A DNA stretch of 47,253 bases from Eremomyces bilateralis CBS 781.70 (lineage: Eukaryota). The position numbers and the translations under genes are program-made. Under the pieces are notes generated by a model. That model saw only the letters and a program-made list of their open reading frames with translations. It ran no database searches and was not told the origin of the DNA. Shown here piece by piece: positions 33,301 to 44,503 of the stretch. How positions within the stretch are numbered: position 1 is the first letter of the stretch; each line of letters begins with the position of its first letter. The DNA lies in assembly GCA_010015585.1 (NCBI GenBank), contig ML975161.1, one strand, 5' to 3'.

Positions 33301-36300
33301 TGCCATTTGGACGGGTTCTTTCGTTCCAGGCGCATGAGGCGCTTGTAGAGTTGCTCCGTTCGATTCGTGATCTCTTCCGACGCGAGCATATACATTTCTC
33401 GTTGCACCTCCTTAGCGCTTCCAGTAATCGCTTGGCCGATGTTGGCTGCCAGTCCTTGCGGTTGGGTGGGTAGCTGACCGAGATTCGCCGCAGTTTCCCG
33501 TTCGGTATCCAAGACGATCTCATGGTGCGCAATTTCATCGTAGATTCCTCGAAGGTAGTCGTCGGGAAGATCGGCGTTGTCGTTGATTCCGCGATTGTTC
33601 TTGATGAAGTCTTCGGGGGTCATGCGGGCCCCTTTCATCTTGATACTGTGCTGATCCGTGTTCAGCATAATGACCGAATACGCGAGGACGTATGCCGTAT
33701 CGGCATTGGCAAACGCTTTGGGATTTCCCCCGATATATCGTTCCGCGAACTTGAGCATGAATCGATCGATCTTCTGCGCCTCCCCCGGAAGACGGAAGCT
33801 CTGCAAAAATCGTCGCAGCGCATCCACGAATCGGGTTTGCCGGAAATCCATCGCATCGACGTATGCATGCATGATGGCGATGTTCTCCGGTTCGCCTTCC
33901 CCCAGGTATTCACCCAGCGAGACTTTGTTGAGTTCGTTATTTCCCAGGAGGAAGCGGGCGATGTCCTGGGGGTCATCGGATTTGATGAAACCGTCTTTCA
34001 GTAATGCTTTGATGCCCCGTTTCGGCTTGAAATTGAACTGACGAACGGAGTTGACAAGGGCAGTCTTGCGCTGTTTCTCCTTCTCCAGGAACCCCGGATC
34101 ATCTTCGGCGATCGATGTGCCCGTGCTCACTGGGGTGTCAACTCCCGAGGCGTGCGACACCGAGTTGGCTGCACCTGAGTCGCGAGTGTCGATCGAGCTT
34201 CGCAAGTCTTCTCGGGAGGCATTGAATTCCGCGTCTTTCAATTCAGGAGTCGAGTTTGGCATGCTTTGCTGGGACCAGAGAACCAGCGACCGCAGAATCT
34301 CCATCAGATCTTCAAATGCCTTCTCTTTCATCGCGTACTCGATCGGGTAGGTGTGCTCCGTTTCTTGACTGGCAGTGATGGCTGCGGTCGAAAGCGACGG
34401 GGGGAGAGTGCCGCGATGGTGCCAGTCCGAAAGACCATTGCCTCGTGCTTGATGCTCGTGGTATGCGAGCTCCTGCGCCGAGGTGACGGAGACCGGGGTG
34501 GTGGAAATCCTGGATAAATGTTCGACGACCTTTTGAAACACGTTGTCCAGGGCGGTTCGATCGCAGTCATAGTTGAGAAAAATCTCCACCAGTGCACGAG
34601 GATCCGCGGCGAGTTTCTCAAAGAGGTGCAAAATGTACATCTTTTGAAAAGCCGGAGCGGCGCGTTTGTCCAAGATGGCGAAGTAGATCTCTTTCATGAA
34701 AACCTCGATCTCCTTCTTCAACATCACCCGTAGATGCTTGACCATGAGCCAGAAAATTTCGACGGACACTTCAAACACTCGGTTAACGGAGCTGGCCCCA
34801 TTCCGGCTGAGACTCAAACAGAGGTATTGCTTGATGGCTTGGACGAATGACGTCGGCTCATCCGTGGAGCTGCTCTTGATCGTGGATAAGGGGGAGGTGA
34901 CCACCAGGGCATGATTGTAGAGGATGTTGTGTATGATATGGAGCGAAAGGAGCTTCGACCGCATGCTCTGGGACTTCACATCGTGCGCCTGCTCAACCGG
35001 AAGAGATTTGGTGCTGAGGCGGCACATGGCACGGAAAACCAGATACGCGTCCTTGATATAGATCTCATCCTCTTCATCCTCATCGATTGGACCGCCATTA
35101 TCCGCGCCGCCTGGCGTCATAGTACTTCCAGATGTGGTTCGGCGGGAAATTTTGTCTCCCGGGAGTCGGGTGACGAGCGTCGGAGCGTTGTCGTTGATCT
35201 TTGCATCATCAAAGCTTTTGCGATTCTCGAAGCTTTGGAGGGTGATCTTTTGTCCTTCGTGCTTCTCAACCGGTTCATCGCTGGGGGAGGTCAACACATT
35301 TTCGGAATCCGGCGTATCGGCGTCGTCAGGATCCCTTGTTTCCTTCGACTCGGCCGGCGCGTCGTCCTCTATTTCCCCATTCTCATCGTTATCGGTCTTG
35401 CTTAGTGATTCCTTCGGGGTGTTCAAGCGCGCCTCCTTCAATTCGAGACGACCCTTGACTCGTTCAAACACGATGCCCACCATTTGGGTGAGGGCTCCTT
35501 GGGCCACCTGCTGATTTGCCGTCGACTTCGAAAGGAGAAAGATATTGTATATCAGCCGAACGGCCTTGAGCAGGCCTGCGCCGTGAACCACGATTTTATC
35601 GTTCAAGATGGCAGCCAATAGCGACTTGACAATCTGCAGTTGCGTCTCGACCGGTGTCGCCTCGCTTTGGAAGCAATCGCATATTGTATCGATGGCTCGC
35701 TCGATTAGCGGAATGCCGCTGTGTTCCGAGTCCGCCGGAGGGGTGGGAACGGCGAAGTACGAGTAGCTTATGAGCTTCCCAATGCAATCCAAAGCCGTTG
35801 TGACCACCTGTACGGTCTGCGCGTCGGCGGCGAGTTGGAGCGGCTCGAACAGGACTTCCGGATCGATCTGGCCCGGATGTCCTTCAAGCTTGATTGCTGC
35901 CAAGGCTCGTTGCGTGGATTGCCCGAGCTTTTTGTTCTTCCGCGCATCTTTGGACGCGGCAATCGCCTCGAGGGCAGATGTGACGAAGACCAGGGAACTT
36001 CGGGTCGACTTCTGGGTGGTGGTCGTGGCGATGGTCGACTGGGAGTCGGCTCGGTTTCGATTCGGGAGGCTCGCTCCATTTGTATGGCTGGGAGGAGCTT
36101 GATCGGGAATTCGTGGAGAGGGTTGGGATTCTGATGCGGGTTCCAACGTGCCGGGAGTATCGGGAAAAGGCGATGCTGACGACGTAGGAAGGGAGGTTGC
36201 ATCTTCGATGGCTATTGTCGGAGTATCAATTGCAGGAGTATCAATTGCAGGTTGGTTGGCGACCTCCTCGTAACCCTCGTCAACCTGTATTGAACTGGCC

Positions 36301-36344
36301 TCCGTCTCCGGGGGAGGGGGAGAGGGATCCTGCTCTTCCGCCAT
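30366..36344 (-). CDS. SEC7: Large Arf guanine-nucleotide exchange factor Sec7/BIG (about 1975 aa)
   Basis: Exons 36344-32234 and 32182-30366 (intron GTAAGT...CTGAT...TTTCAG). DCB domain (ALDCIGKLISYSYF), HUS domain (FLNYDCD), Sec7 domain (FNFKPKRGI, FRLPGEAQKIDRFM, YSVIMLNTDQH) and HDS domains (DSLRQLSMKFLE, FQKDFLKPF). Confidence 0.97.
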
Positions 36345-36619
36345 ATCTGAGGCAGCACCGAGTAATCCTAAAGAGAGCGACAATAGGAAGCAACGGATTA
36401 CAGAAACATCTTAGGACTTAGACATGCGTGAAGCGGTAGGCATAAGCCGGGGAGAGTGGATGACAGTAGTAGGAGAAACCGCAGTCCAAGTTCGAGCCTG
36501 AATAATGAGAGGAAACAGGAGGGTGGTGACAATAAGAACAGTTGGAGCATACACGTTGGACTTGGAGTTGTTCGGTGTTCACTTCGAAGCTCCAGATGGA
36601 CAGTGAGACCGATGTGATC

Positions 36620-36775
36620 CAGGCATTCAGGCACTCAGGCACTCAGGCATCAAGGATGTAAGGCATACAAATGGAACAGATCCCGATCACGTGCTTTGCG
36701 TTTTAATAAGGCGACAAAGCGTCAAGTTCAGGCATCAAGTTAAATTCTCAAATCAGGCAGCAAGGCCCTAAGGCA
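36620..36775 (+). promoter_or_regulatory. Cluster of eight AGGCA motifs plus an E-box in the SEC7/LAT1 divergent promoter
   Basis: AGGCA at 36621, 36629, 36637, 36645, 36661, 36730, 36755 and 36771, all on the + strand. TCACGTG at 36687-36693. Confidence 0.55.
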
Positions 36776-37013
36776 CCATGCACCGTTTTCTCGTTCCCAC
36801 TCCGTTCCGGCGCCAGAAAGTTGAACGATGAGATACTCACCTCAACAAGAATTCCATTCCCAATTCATCCTCCCCCCATCCATCTCAATTGTCCATCCCA
36901 CTCCTTTGATTCTTGTCTCTCCACGGGAGCTCCGGGTCTTCGAAGCTCGTCACCTAGCTCGACCCGATTCCCCCCTCCATTCCTTGTGGAACTTGTCCCT
37001 TTCCTTCTCCGAC

Positions 37014-38645
37014 ATGGCTTCGTCCACGGGTTTACTCCGACTCTCACGGACTTCCTTATGGAGTACCCAGTTAGGGTCCATTCGGGCCGTACCAGTAATA
37101 CGATGCACGGGGTATGTCCGAATGGGCTTGGATTCGAGGGAGCGCCCCAATTGACCATGTTGTAGATGCCGTCCTCCCGCGTTGGCCGCACTGGCAAGAT
37201 ATTATGCCTCGAAGTGTAAGCACGCGAAGAAACACCCTCCGGAATGCCAGATTGACATGATATGCAGCATATCCATCCCACACCGTCGTTAGCATGCCCG
37301 CTCTGTCGCCTACCATGACGGCCGGGAACATCGGAGCGTGGCAGCAGAAGGTCGGCGATACGTTGAGCCCCGGAGATGTCTTGGTGGAGATTGAAACCGA
37401 CAAAGCACAAATGGACTTCGAGTTCCAGGAAGAAGGTACTCTTGCGAAGATCCTGAAGGAGTCTGGAGAGAAGGATGTGGCCGTTGGCAGTGTAAGAGCC
37501 CTCGTATTCTAATCTGCAAGTTCGCCCAGCTAACCCCTCAACAGCCCATAGCTGTCATGGTGGAGGAGGGAGCCGACGTTTCCGCCTTCGAATCATTCAC
37601 CATCGAAGATGCCGGGGGCGACAAAGCTCAAGAAACGCCCGACAAAAAGGATGAGTCGGCCGGTGCGCCGTCCGAGAAAGCCCCTGAGCCATCCAAGGAC
37701 GATTCGAAAACCACCTCCGCTCCGGCATCCATCGAGTCGACCTCCACCGGCGAGAAGCTCCAAACCGCCCTCGACCGCGAACCCCTCGTCGCCCCCGCCG
37801 TACGCAAGCTCGCTCTCGAGAAAGGCGTCCCCATCTCCCAGCTCAAGGGCTCCGGACCCGCCGGCCGCATCACGAAAGAGGACGTCGAGAAATACGCCCC
37901 GGCCACCAGCGCCGCCCCCGCCGCCGCTGCCTACGAAGACACCCCGGCTACCTCGATGCGCAAAGTCATCGCCGCGCGCCTCACCGAGTCCGTGAACAAG
38001 AACCCCCACTACTTCGTCAGCTCTACCACGTCGGTGACCAAGCTCCTCAAGCTGCGCGCCGCCCTCAACGCCGCGTCCGCCGGCGCCTACAAGCTCAGTG
38101 TCAACGACTTTCTCGTCAAGGCGATCTCCATCGCCGCCCGTAAGGTCCCCGCCGCCAACTCCAGCTGGCGCGAGCAATCCGGCGCCGTTGTCATCCGCCG
38201 GCACCACACCGTCGACGTCTCCGTCGCCGTCGCCACCCCGTCCGGCCTCATGACCCCCATCGTCACCAACGTCGGCGCCCGCGGCCTCGCGGACATCAGC
38301 GCCGCCGTCAAGGACCTGGGCAAGCGCGCCCGCGACGGGAAGCTCGCCCCCGAGGAATATCAGGGCGGCACCATCACCATTTCGAACATGGGCATGAACG
38401 ACGCCGTCGAGGGGTTTACCGCCGTCATCAACCCGCCGCAGGCCGCCATCGTGGCCGTCGGAACGACGCGGAAGGTCGCGGTGCCGGCGCCGGCGGAGGA
38501 GGGCGAGGAGCCCGGCGTCGCGTGGGACGATCAGATCGTGTTGACGGGGAGCTTCGATCATAAGGTGGTGGACGGCGCGGTCGGGGGAGAGTTCATGCGG
38601 GAGTTGAAGAAGGTGGTGGAGAACCCGTTGGAGATGATGCTGTAA
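37014..38645 (+). CDS. LAT1: Pyruvate dehydrogenase E2, dihydrolipoamide acetyltransferase, mitochondrial (about 490 aa)
   Basis: Exons 37014-37111, 37166-37215, 37268-37491 and 37545-38645. Arg/Ser-rich presequence ending ARYYASK, lipoyl domain (MPALSPTM...IETDKAQMD), E3-binding domain ([13 protein letters not shown]) and catalytic FDHKVVDG. Confidence 0.97.
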
Positions 38646-39075
38646 ATCGCTGAAACATCCTTTTTGCATGGTTTTCCGGCTATAATCTGGTGTCCGATTC
38701 CGTTTTCCATATTCAGGGGGTGCGTTGTCTTTGGGAATAGGTTTCTGGAGAAATAGGCAGCGTGTTTTCCCCGTCCAAAAAGCGGTCTCTCGCGGATTTG
38801 GGTTGGTGTGGTTTTCACGATCCTCGTTGGAAATCCCTTGGGCAAATCATCTAATTACCGTGGTCCGAGGACACGTCTCTATCATAAAAAAATCCGAGCG
38901 ATCGTCTTCTGCACCGGAATTATGCACGGTGGTTGACGAGTACGTGACGACGAATGGAGGTAGGAAAGTGAGGGCCAAATGAACATGCTTTTCTTGATTC
39001 ATCCAAGTAGTCTATTTAAAGTGTATCTCATCCCTCCAGTCATAATGCCGGCCATTACCCATCACCGTTGAACCT

Positions 39076-41507
39076 CTACGCCTCCTCCACCTCATCCGGC
39101 TTCGTCCCCGCCTCGTTCGGGTCCGCATCCTTCATCTCCACATCCTTCGCCTTCTCCGCCTCGGCGGCCGCCTTCCGCCGCTCGTTCTCACGCTTCGTGC
39201 GCTCCTCCTCCTCCTTCCGCTTCGCCTCGATGTCCGCGCGGCGCCGCGCCTCCTCCTCGTCGCGGACGCGTCGCTCCTCCTCGATCTTGTCGTGGAAGCG
39301 TTGGACGACGGGGCCGGCGACCGCGCGGATCTCCTCGAGCTTGGCGACGTAGACGGCTTTGGTGGCATCTTCGCCTTCGTCGTAGAGCCAGTCCTGCGAA
39401 GTCGGTTAGCATGATATTTATAATATAAAAAAGGGTGCAATGGTGCCTACCTCGACCTCCTCGCACTTCGTCTTGATCTTCTGCCGCTCGGAATCGTCGC
39501 GCACGAACTCGGCCAGGTTGCCGCCCTCCTCGACGCGGCCACGCGTCTCGTAGATGAAGCTCTCCAGCTCGTTCTTCTTGTCCTCGGTGTCCGCGACCAG
39601 CTTGTCCTCCGCCACCATGGAGTACTCGTGCTCGGCCGCCTCGTCCTTGGAGGTGATGTCCATCGACGCAGTGCCCGAAGAGATAGGGAGGTCGCCCTTG
39701 CGGACCTGCTTCTTGACCTTTCGCGTCTTGGGCTTCTCCGCGGCGCCTTCGGCGGATGTGTCCATCGCCTGGGGTAGTCAGTAATTGATCGTTGGTCAAT
39801 GAGGGGTAAATCATAAGCACTTACGGTGTCATCTTTACCCTCCTCTTTCTTCTCCGGGATGGGCTCTTCCACCTCTTGGTCCTCGACCCAGTATCCTTGC
39901 TCCACATTCAACACACCGTGAAGGTTTAGACGCGCCTTCAGCTTGCAGATCATGAAGTCGTCGTCACCAGTGGGCTTGACGCCCTTGACGCTGAAACGAC
40001 CGATCCAAGGCGACACGCCACCGGGAAGCTGTTCTGGCTTCGCGTAGCGGGCCTCGAGGTCGAAGGGGTTTTTGCGGTAGAAGGTCAGGATCTTCGTGCT
40101 GGGCATGATGTTCCCCTTGTTGAACACGGTGAGCGAGGTGTCCTCGTCGGGGATGTCGGTGCTCTTCTCCCAGGTGAATTCGATCGGGTAGCTGACGATG
40201 TCGTGAACGGAGAAGTCGCGGACGCGGAACACCGGGGACAGGATGGCGCAACTGAAGGCGCAGCCGCGCGCGACCGCCTCGTCCTGGTTGAGTGTGTAGC
40301 TGAGCGGCTTGTTGAAGAACTCCTGCACCTTGGTCTTCAGCGCCGGGATACGGATGCACCCGCCGACCATCTCTATCCGGTCGATGTCCTCGACCTTCAG
40401 CTTCGCGTCGGCCAGCGCTTGCTCGAGCGGCACCAGCGCACGGTCTAGCAGGGGCTTCGCGAGCTCCTCGAACTGCTCGCGCTTGAGGAAGCCGCGCACG
40501 TCGACGTCGTTCATTAGCGATTCGATGTTAATCGGGGCACTCGCGTTGGCGCTGAGGACCTTCTTCAACTTCTCGCACGCGGCGGCGACGCGGACGCGGG
40601 CCTTCGGGTTCGTGTTGATGTCGATCTTGAACTTCTCCTTGAACTCCGCGGCGAAGTGGTCGACGAGGAGCTTGTCGAAGTCGCGGCCGCCGAAGTGGCG
40701 GTCATGGGTGGACGATTTGACGGCCAGCTCCCCTTTGCGGAACTCCACGATGCTGCAGGTGTAGTTGGAGTAGCCGATATCGACGAACGCCACGCGGCGG
40801 GGCTTCTCCTCCGGCGCCGGAAGATCGAGTTTCGTGATGCCGTAACCCAAGGCGGCGGCCGTTGTGGAGTTGATCAGTCGAAGGACCTTGAGACCGGCGA
40901 CTTCCGACGCATCGATCAGGCTGCGTCGTTGCGCGTCGGTGTACCAGGCCGGGCAACTGAGGACCAAGTCGGTCACGGGCAGCTTCAGCTCCGCGGAGGC
41001 GGTGGCCTTGACCTTGGTGAGGTACATGGCGATGAGCTGGGTGGCGGTGAACTGCTGCTTCTTTCCCAGATAGGTCACCTCGGCGCCGACTTGTCCGTTG
41101 ATGTCCACCAGCGGGGCGGACACGAACTGCTGCTCGATCTGTACATCGGGATCCTTGAACGAGCGGCCGGCTAGACGGGTGAGGGAGCCGACCGTGTTCT
41201 TGATGTTCGAGATCTCCTGCGTCTTCGCGGCTTCACCTAAATATCTGCTTTTCGGACCGAACCCGACAAGGGACCTAGATAGTGGTTAGCGATCATCTCA
41301 GGCTACCCCACGATGGGAGAGATTCGGGGACTTACGGCGTAACCCGATTTGAGACTTCATTCGCAATCTACGGGGAAATATTGTCAGTTCTGATTATGAG
41401 CGCCACAATGCAGACAGGCTCCCAAGACTTACCACATCGACGCCTCTGTTCCGGGCGACTGCGATGACCGTATTCAGCGACCCGAAATCTACGCCAACAA
41501 CGGACAT
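39076..41507 (-). CDS. HSP88: Hsp110 family chaperone / nucleotide-exchange factor Hsp88/Sse1 (about 730 aa)
   Basis: Exons 41507-41433, 41367-41336, 41274-39825, 39768-39451 and 39393-39076. Motifs: MSVVGVDFG, IANEVSNR.TPS, FGGRDFD, LNQDEAVARGCAF, FRVRDF, KVKKQVRKGDL, KNELESFIY, DWLYDEGED. Confidence 0.96.
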
Positions 41508-42242
41508 TGTCTTCTGTGGGGGAGATAAACCTGGAGGGGAAAAGGTATGACGGAATCCTAGCACGGATGACAAGACCAAAGTCTAGAGGGGAGAGAATCG
41601 GCAAACAGCGGTGGTATAGAATTCAACTTTCCTGGGGGAATTGTTGTGGTGAAGTGGTAGTGGTAGGAGTAGGTGGAATTGGTTGAAGATGTGCCAGCAA
41701 AGTCATGCATGAACCGACAAAATGCCAAAAATCATGCGAAAGGTTCGAACGTCGAAAGTGGAACTGCCCTGGCCCTTGCAAGTCGCCAAGTCCTTGGATG
41801 ATTCTGCTGATTTCTGTGAGAGTCGAGAATTATCCAGAATCCTCGCCCTGAGCTGCTTCCGCCTCGTCCGCCCCGCCGTCCGCTGCTCCGCCCCGCGCTA
41901 GCCGGAGTGGTTGGATCATGTGATCATGCCATTCCGAAAGACATACCTTAGGCTCCAAGGCATAAATATTGTAGGGCTGAAGTGCAGGGATATTTAGCTC
42001 GTGGTTGTCCAATCAGATGCAGCTGCGGTTTGGCGTTCTGTCGCGTTCACCTCTTGCTGCTTCCTCACCCGTCACTATCATCACTACTAGAACTCTAGAA
42101 GCGACGTAACCAAATATAGTTCTTGGCCCGAGTATTGTCCCCTCTAATTCTCTTCATATCCATAATACACCCTTTCTTGGTTCCATTGTAGTTGTGCCTG
42201 TCCTGATACCATCCATCCCCATCGCGACAAACCACAACCATC

Positions 42243-42880
42243 ATGGCAGACCGATTGACACAGCTGCAGGACTGCCTGGATCAGGTACCGACCTTATGGT
42301 CATTGGATACCCTCACATCACTCTAACTTGCACTCAGCTCCTCACTCAAATGTATGCCTCTCTACGCTTCATCGAATCTCATGCCCCATCCGCTGCCATC
42401 CCCGGCCTACCAACGAACCCTGGCGCAACCCAAGAGCAACCCAACACCACCATATCCACGACCGTCAATCCGAGCAGAGCCGACGATGGCGCAACAGCTG
42501 AGAACTCTCGAAATGGCCACACCTCCCAACCCCCATCACAACCCCTATCGTCGCAGACCCACCCCCATCCCTCCTCCGAACCCGCCAGCGACGAACAACG
42601 CCTGACTACCCAAGAACCGCCAATCCCACCCGAGCAAGGCTTCGACGCGACCCTCAACGAACTAGCGGTTGACCTGACCCTGAAGATGGCGCAAATCATG
42701 GTCCTCATCGACGGGCTGCCGGGCATCGGGCAATCGGAGGCGATGCAGCGGGCGCGAATCCGCGAGTTGGAGCGCGAGCTGGCGGAGGTGGAGACGGAGC
42801 GGGAGGGGGTGTTTCAGGAGTGGGAGGACTTGTGGAGCTTGACGGCGAGCCTGGGGATGGTGGGGGACTTTGAGGAGTAG
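42243..42880 (+). CDS. SRB7: Mediator subunit Med21/Srb7 (about 194 aa)
   Basis: Exon 1 42243-42284 (MADRLTQLQDCLDQ), intron 42285-42337 (GTACCG...CTAAC...CTCAG), exon 2 to 42880 with ELAVDLTLK..QI..LIDGLPGIG.SE..Q..RIRELE. Confidence 0.93.
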
Positions 42881-43145
42881 AGGCGCGTCGTACGTGGGAA
42901 TCGAAGGTGTTGGGCGGTCATGAAGCGCGGCATTTGAGAGGGAGTGCATGGATGGGGCGTTGGAAAGTATTCATGTTGGCTTGAGTAGGGTTGCAGATCT
43001 AATTTAGATACAACATTTAACAACCAAACGGTAAATGGACCTCCGTTTTTGGCGGTTTGTGACGCCGTTTTGGTGGTAAACTTGCCCTAGCCCGGAGCCT
43101 ATCGAGGACCCCCTTAGGGCCGACCAGGGATCTTATCGAAGCTCG

Positions 43146-43666
43146 ATGATGAGCCGTAGTGTCGAAGATGCCTGCCGAGTCCCAGGTTGTTGTTTTAGCG
43201 CCGCGATGTCAGTCCCGTCCGATATAAAACGAGGTCTCCTTCCTAGCCCTTCCTGCTCTTTTTGGCTGTATACAGTCACCAGCCAAAAGAGTGGCGGGAA
43301 GAACTGGCACCGTGATCGCCTCTATACCCGCCAGAGCCTGCAGAGCTGGACGCAGAACGGTCAGCGACAATACTAGGTCGTCGAGTGTACGGATTCCACC
43401 CGCAACGATGACACCTAGGTCCTACAACTAGCCCGGAGAGTTCGCCTCTAGGCGTCGAGCAAGTGCCAGTGTTGGACCAGGCGGAGCGTCAGCGTCTCAT
43501 GGCCCTGAACGGGAACTGGTCAATACAAGATACCGGGATCGATGACCTCGTCTTCACCAGTAACTGGATGCGTCGCACAAGCTGGGCATCGACGTTCGCT
43601 GATACCTACCGTAGCCTGCTGTTGTGGCTGCCGAGAGTTCCCGTGTGCCAGTGGCCGCGACCTTGA
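43146..43666 (+). pseudogene. Degenerate relic resembling the DUF3505 / telomere-linked RecQ-like helicase family
   Basis: The fragments QSLQSWTQNGQRQY*VV and SNWMRRTSWASTFADTYRSLL resemble the family motifs LQ(S/T)(F/W)....RYWxV and (S/T)xW(L/M)RRTxW. There are in-frame TAG stops at 43374, 43416 and 43449 and a frameshift. The family call is from memory. Confidence 0.5.
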
Positions 43667-44503
43667 ACTCGGTCACTAGCATCGAATTCCTGATCCAAAC
43701 AGTCGGAGCCGGAAAGCGCAACGTTCCCTCAGCTTCATTTGCCTAACCGCACCGCCACACCTTACCCAATTCAAGCGTTCCCATCTTAGCCACACCCCAC
43801 TAATTCACTTGGGTAGACCTGTCCGTACGCAGTACATAGTACACCCGACAAGCCACATCTACACCCTGTCAGCCATCGTCGAATTCATTTTGACCGCCAA
43901 ACCACCTCGAGCCTCCCATGCTGCAAAAACAATGACGACTTGACCGGTTCGCATGAATGAACTGAAGCACCTCCTGCAATAAGTGAACAAGTGGCTATGT
44001 TGGAGAGAGACTGTAGTCGCCATGTTAGAGTACGCGCCCGAAAGATCACAAAATTAACTTCTCCAGAAAGCCTTGCGACAAAGCCTCTCTCCAAAGTTCC
44101 TTGGCCGATCGCAAGGCTTCCAGAGTTCCAGTGAGAATACAGTACGTGTACGGAGTACTCAACCCTGGTCCTGAGTAGGCGGGGTAATAATCTTTCTAAG
44201 GTAGTTCTACACCATCGCAAGTGCTTCCATGCTACTAAAACAACAACGACCCGACCTGTTCGCTTTGAATGAACTGAATCACTCACTACAACAGGCGAAC
44301 GAGAGAGGCTATGTTCGAGAGATATAGGCTCTTGCAAAACCGACTTCCCCCTTTGCGTGCTCCACGGCTCCTTTACGGTGGTGAGATGATTTAACCACTT
44401 GAACCATAAAGAAACCTTACATTCCTCAAAATTCACTCTGCACGCCTCCTTTTTCTATCCTCACTACTTTCTTATTTCGGTGTCTCTACTCAAGAAACCA
44501 ACT

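Noticed and set aside
37593..38669. 358-aa ORF antisense to LAT1, and similar ORFs opposite niaD, niiA, SEC7, HSP88 and CTF18
   Set aside because: These are shadow frames caused by GC-rich codon bias in the real genes and show no domain signatures.
39447..39824. Apparent frameshifted C-terminus of HSP88 in the ORF track
   Set aside because: Explained by canonical introns at 39824-39769 and 39450-39394.
41730..41840. Heat-shock elements upstream of HSP88
   Set aside because: Only imperfect arrays are present (for example GAAttATCcaGAA at 41827-41839), too weak to call.
43885..44436. 183-aa ORF divergent from the NLR as a partner effector or amyloid-motif gene
   Set aside because: It has a non-ATG start, no HeLo, gasdermin or lipase features, and no G/N/Q-rich amyloid motif.
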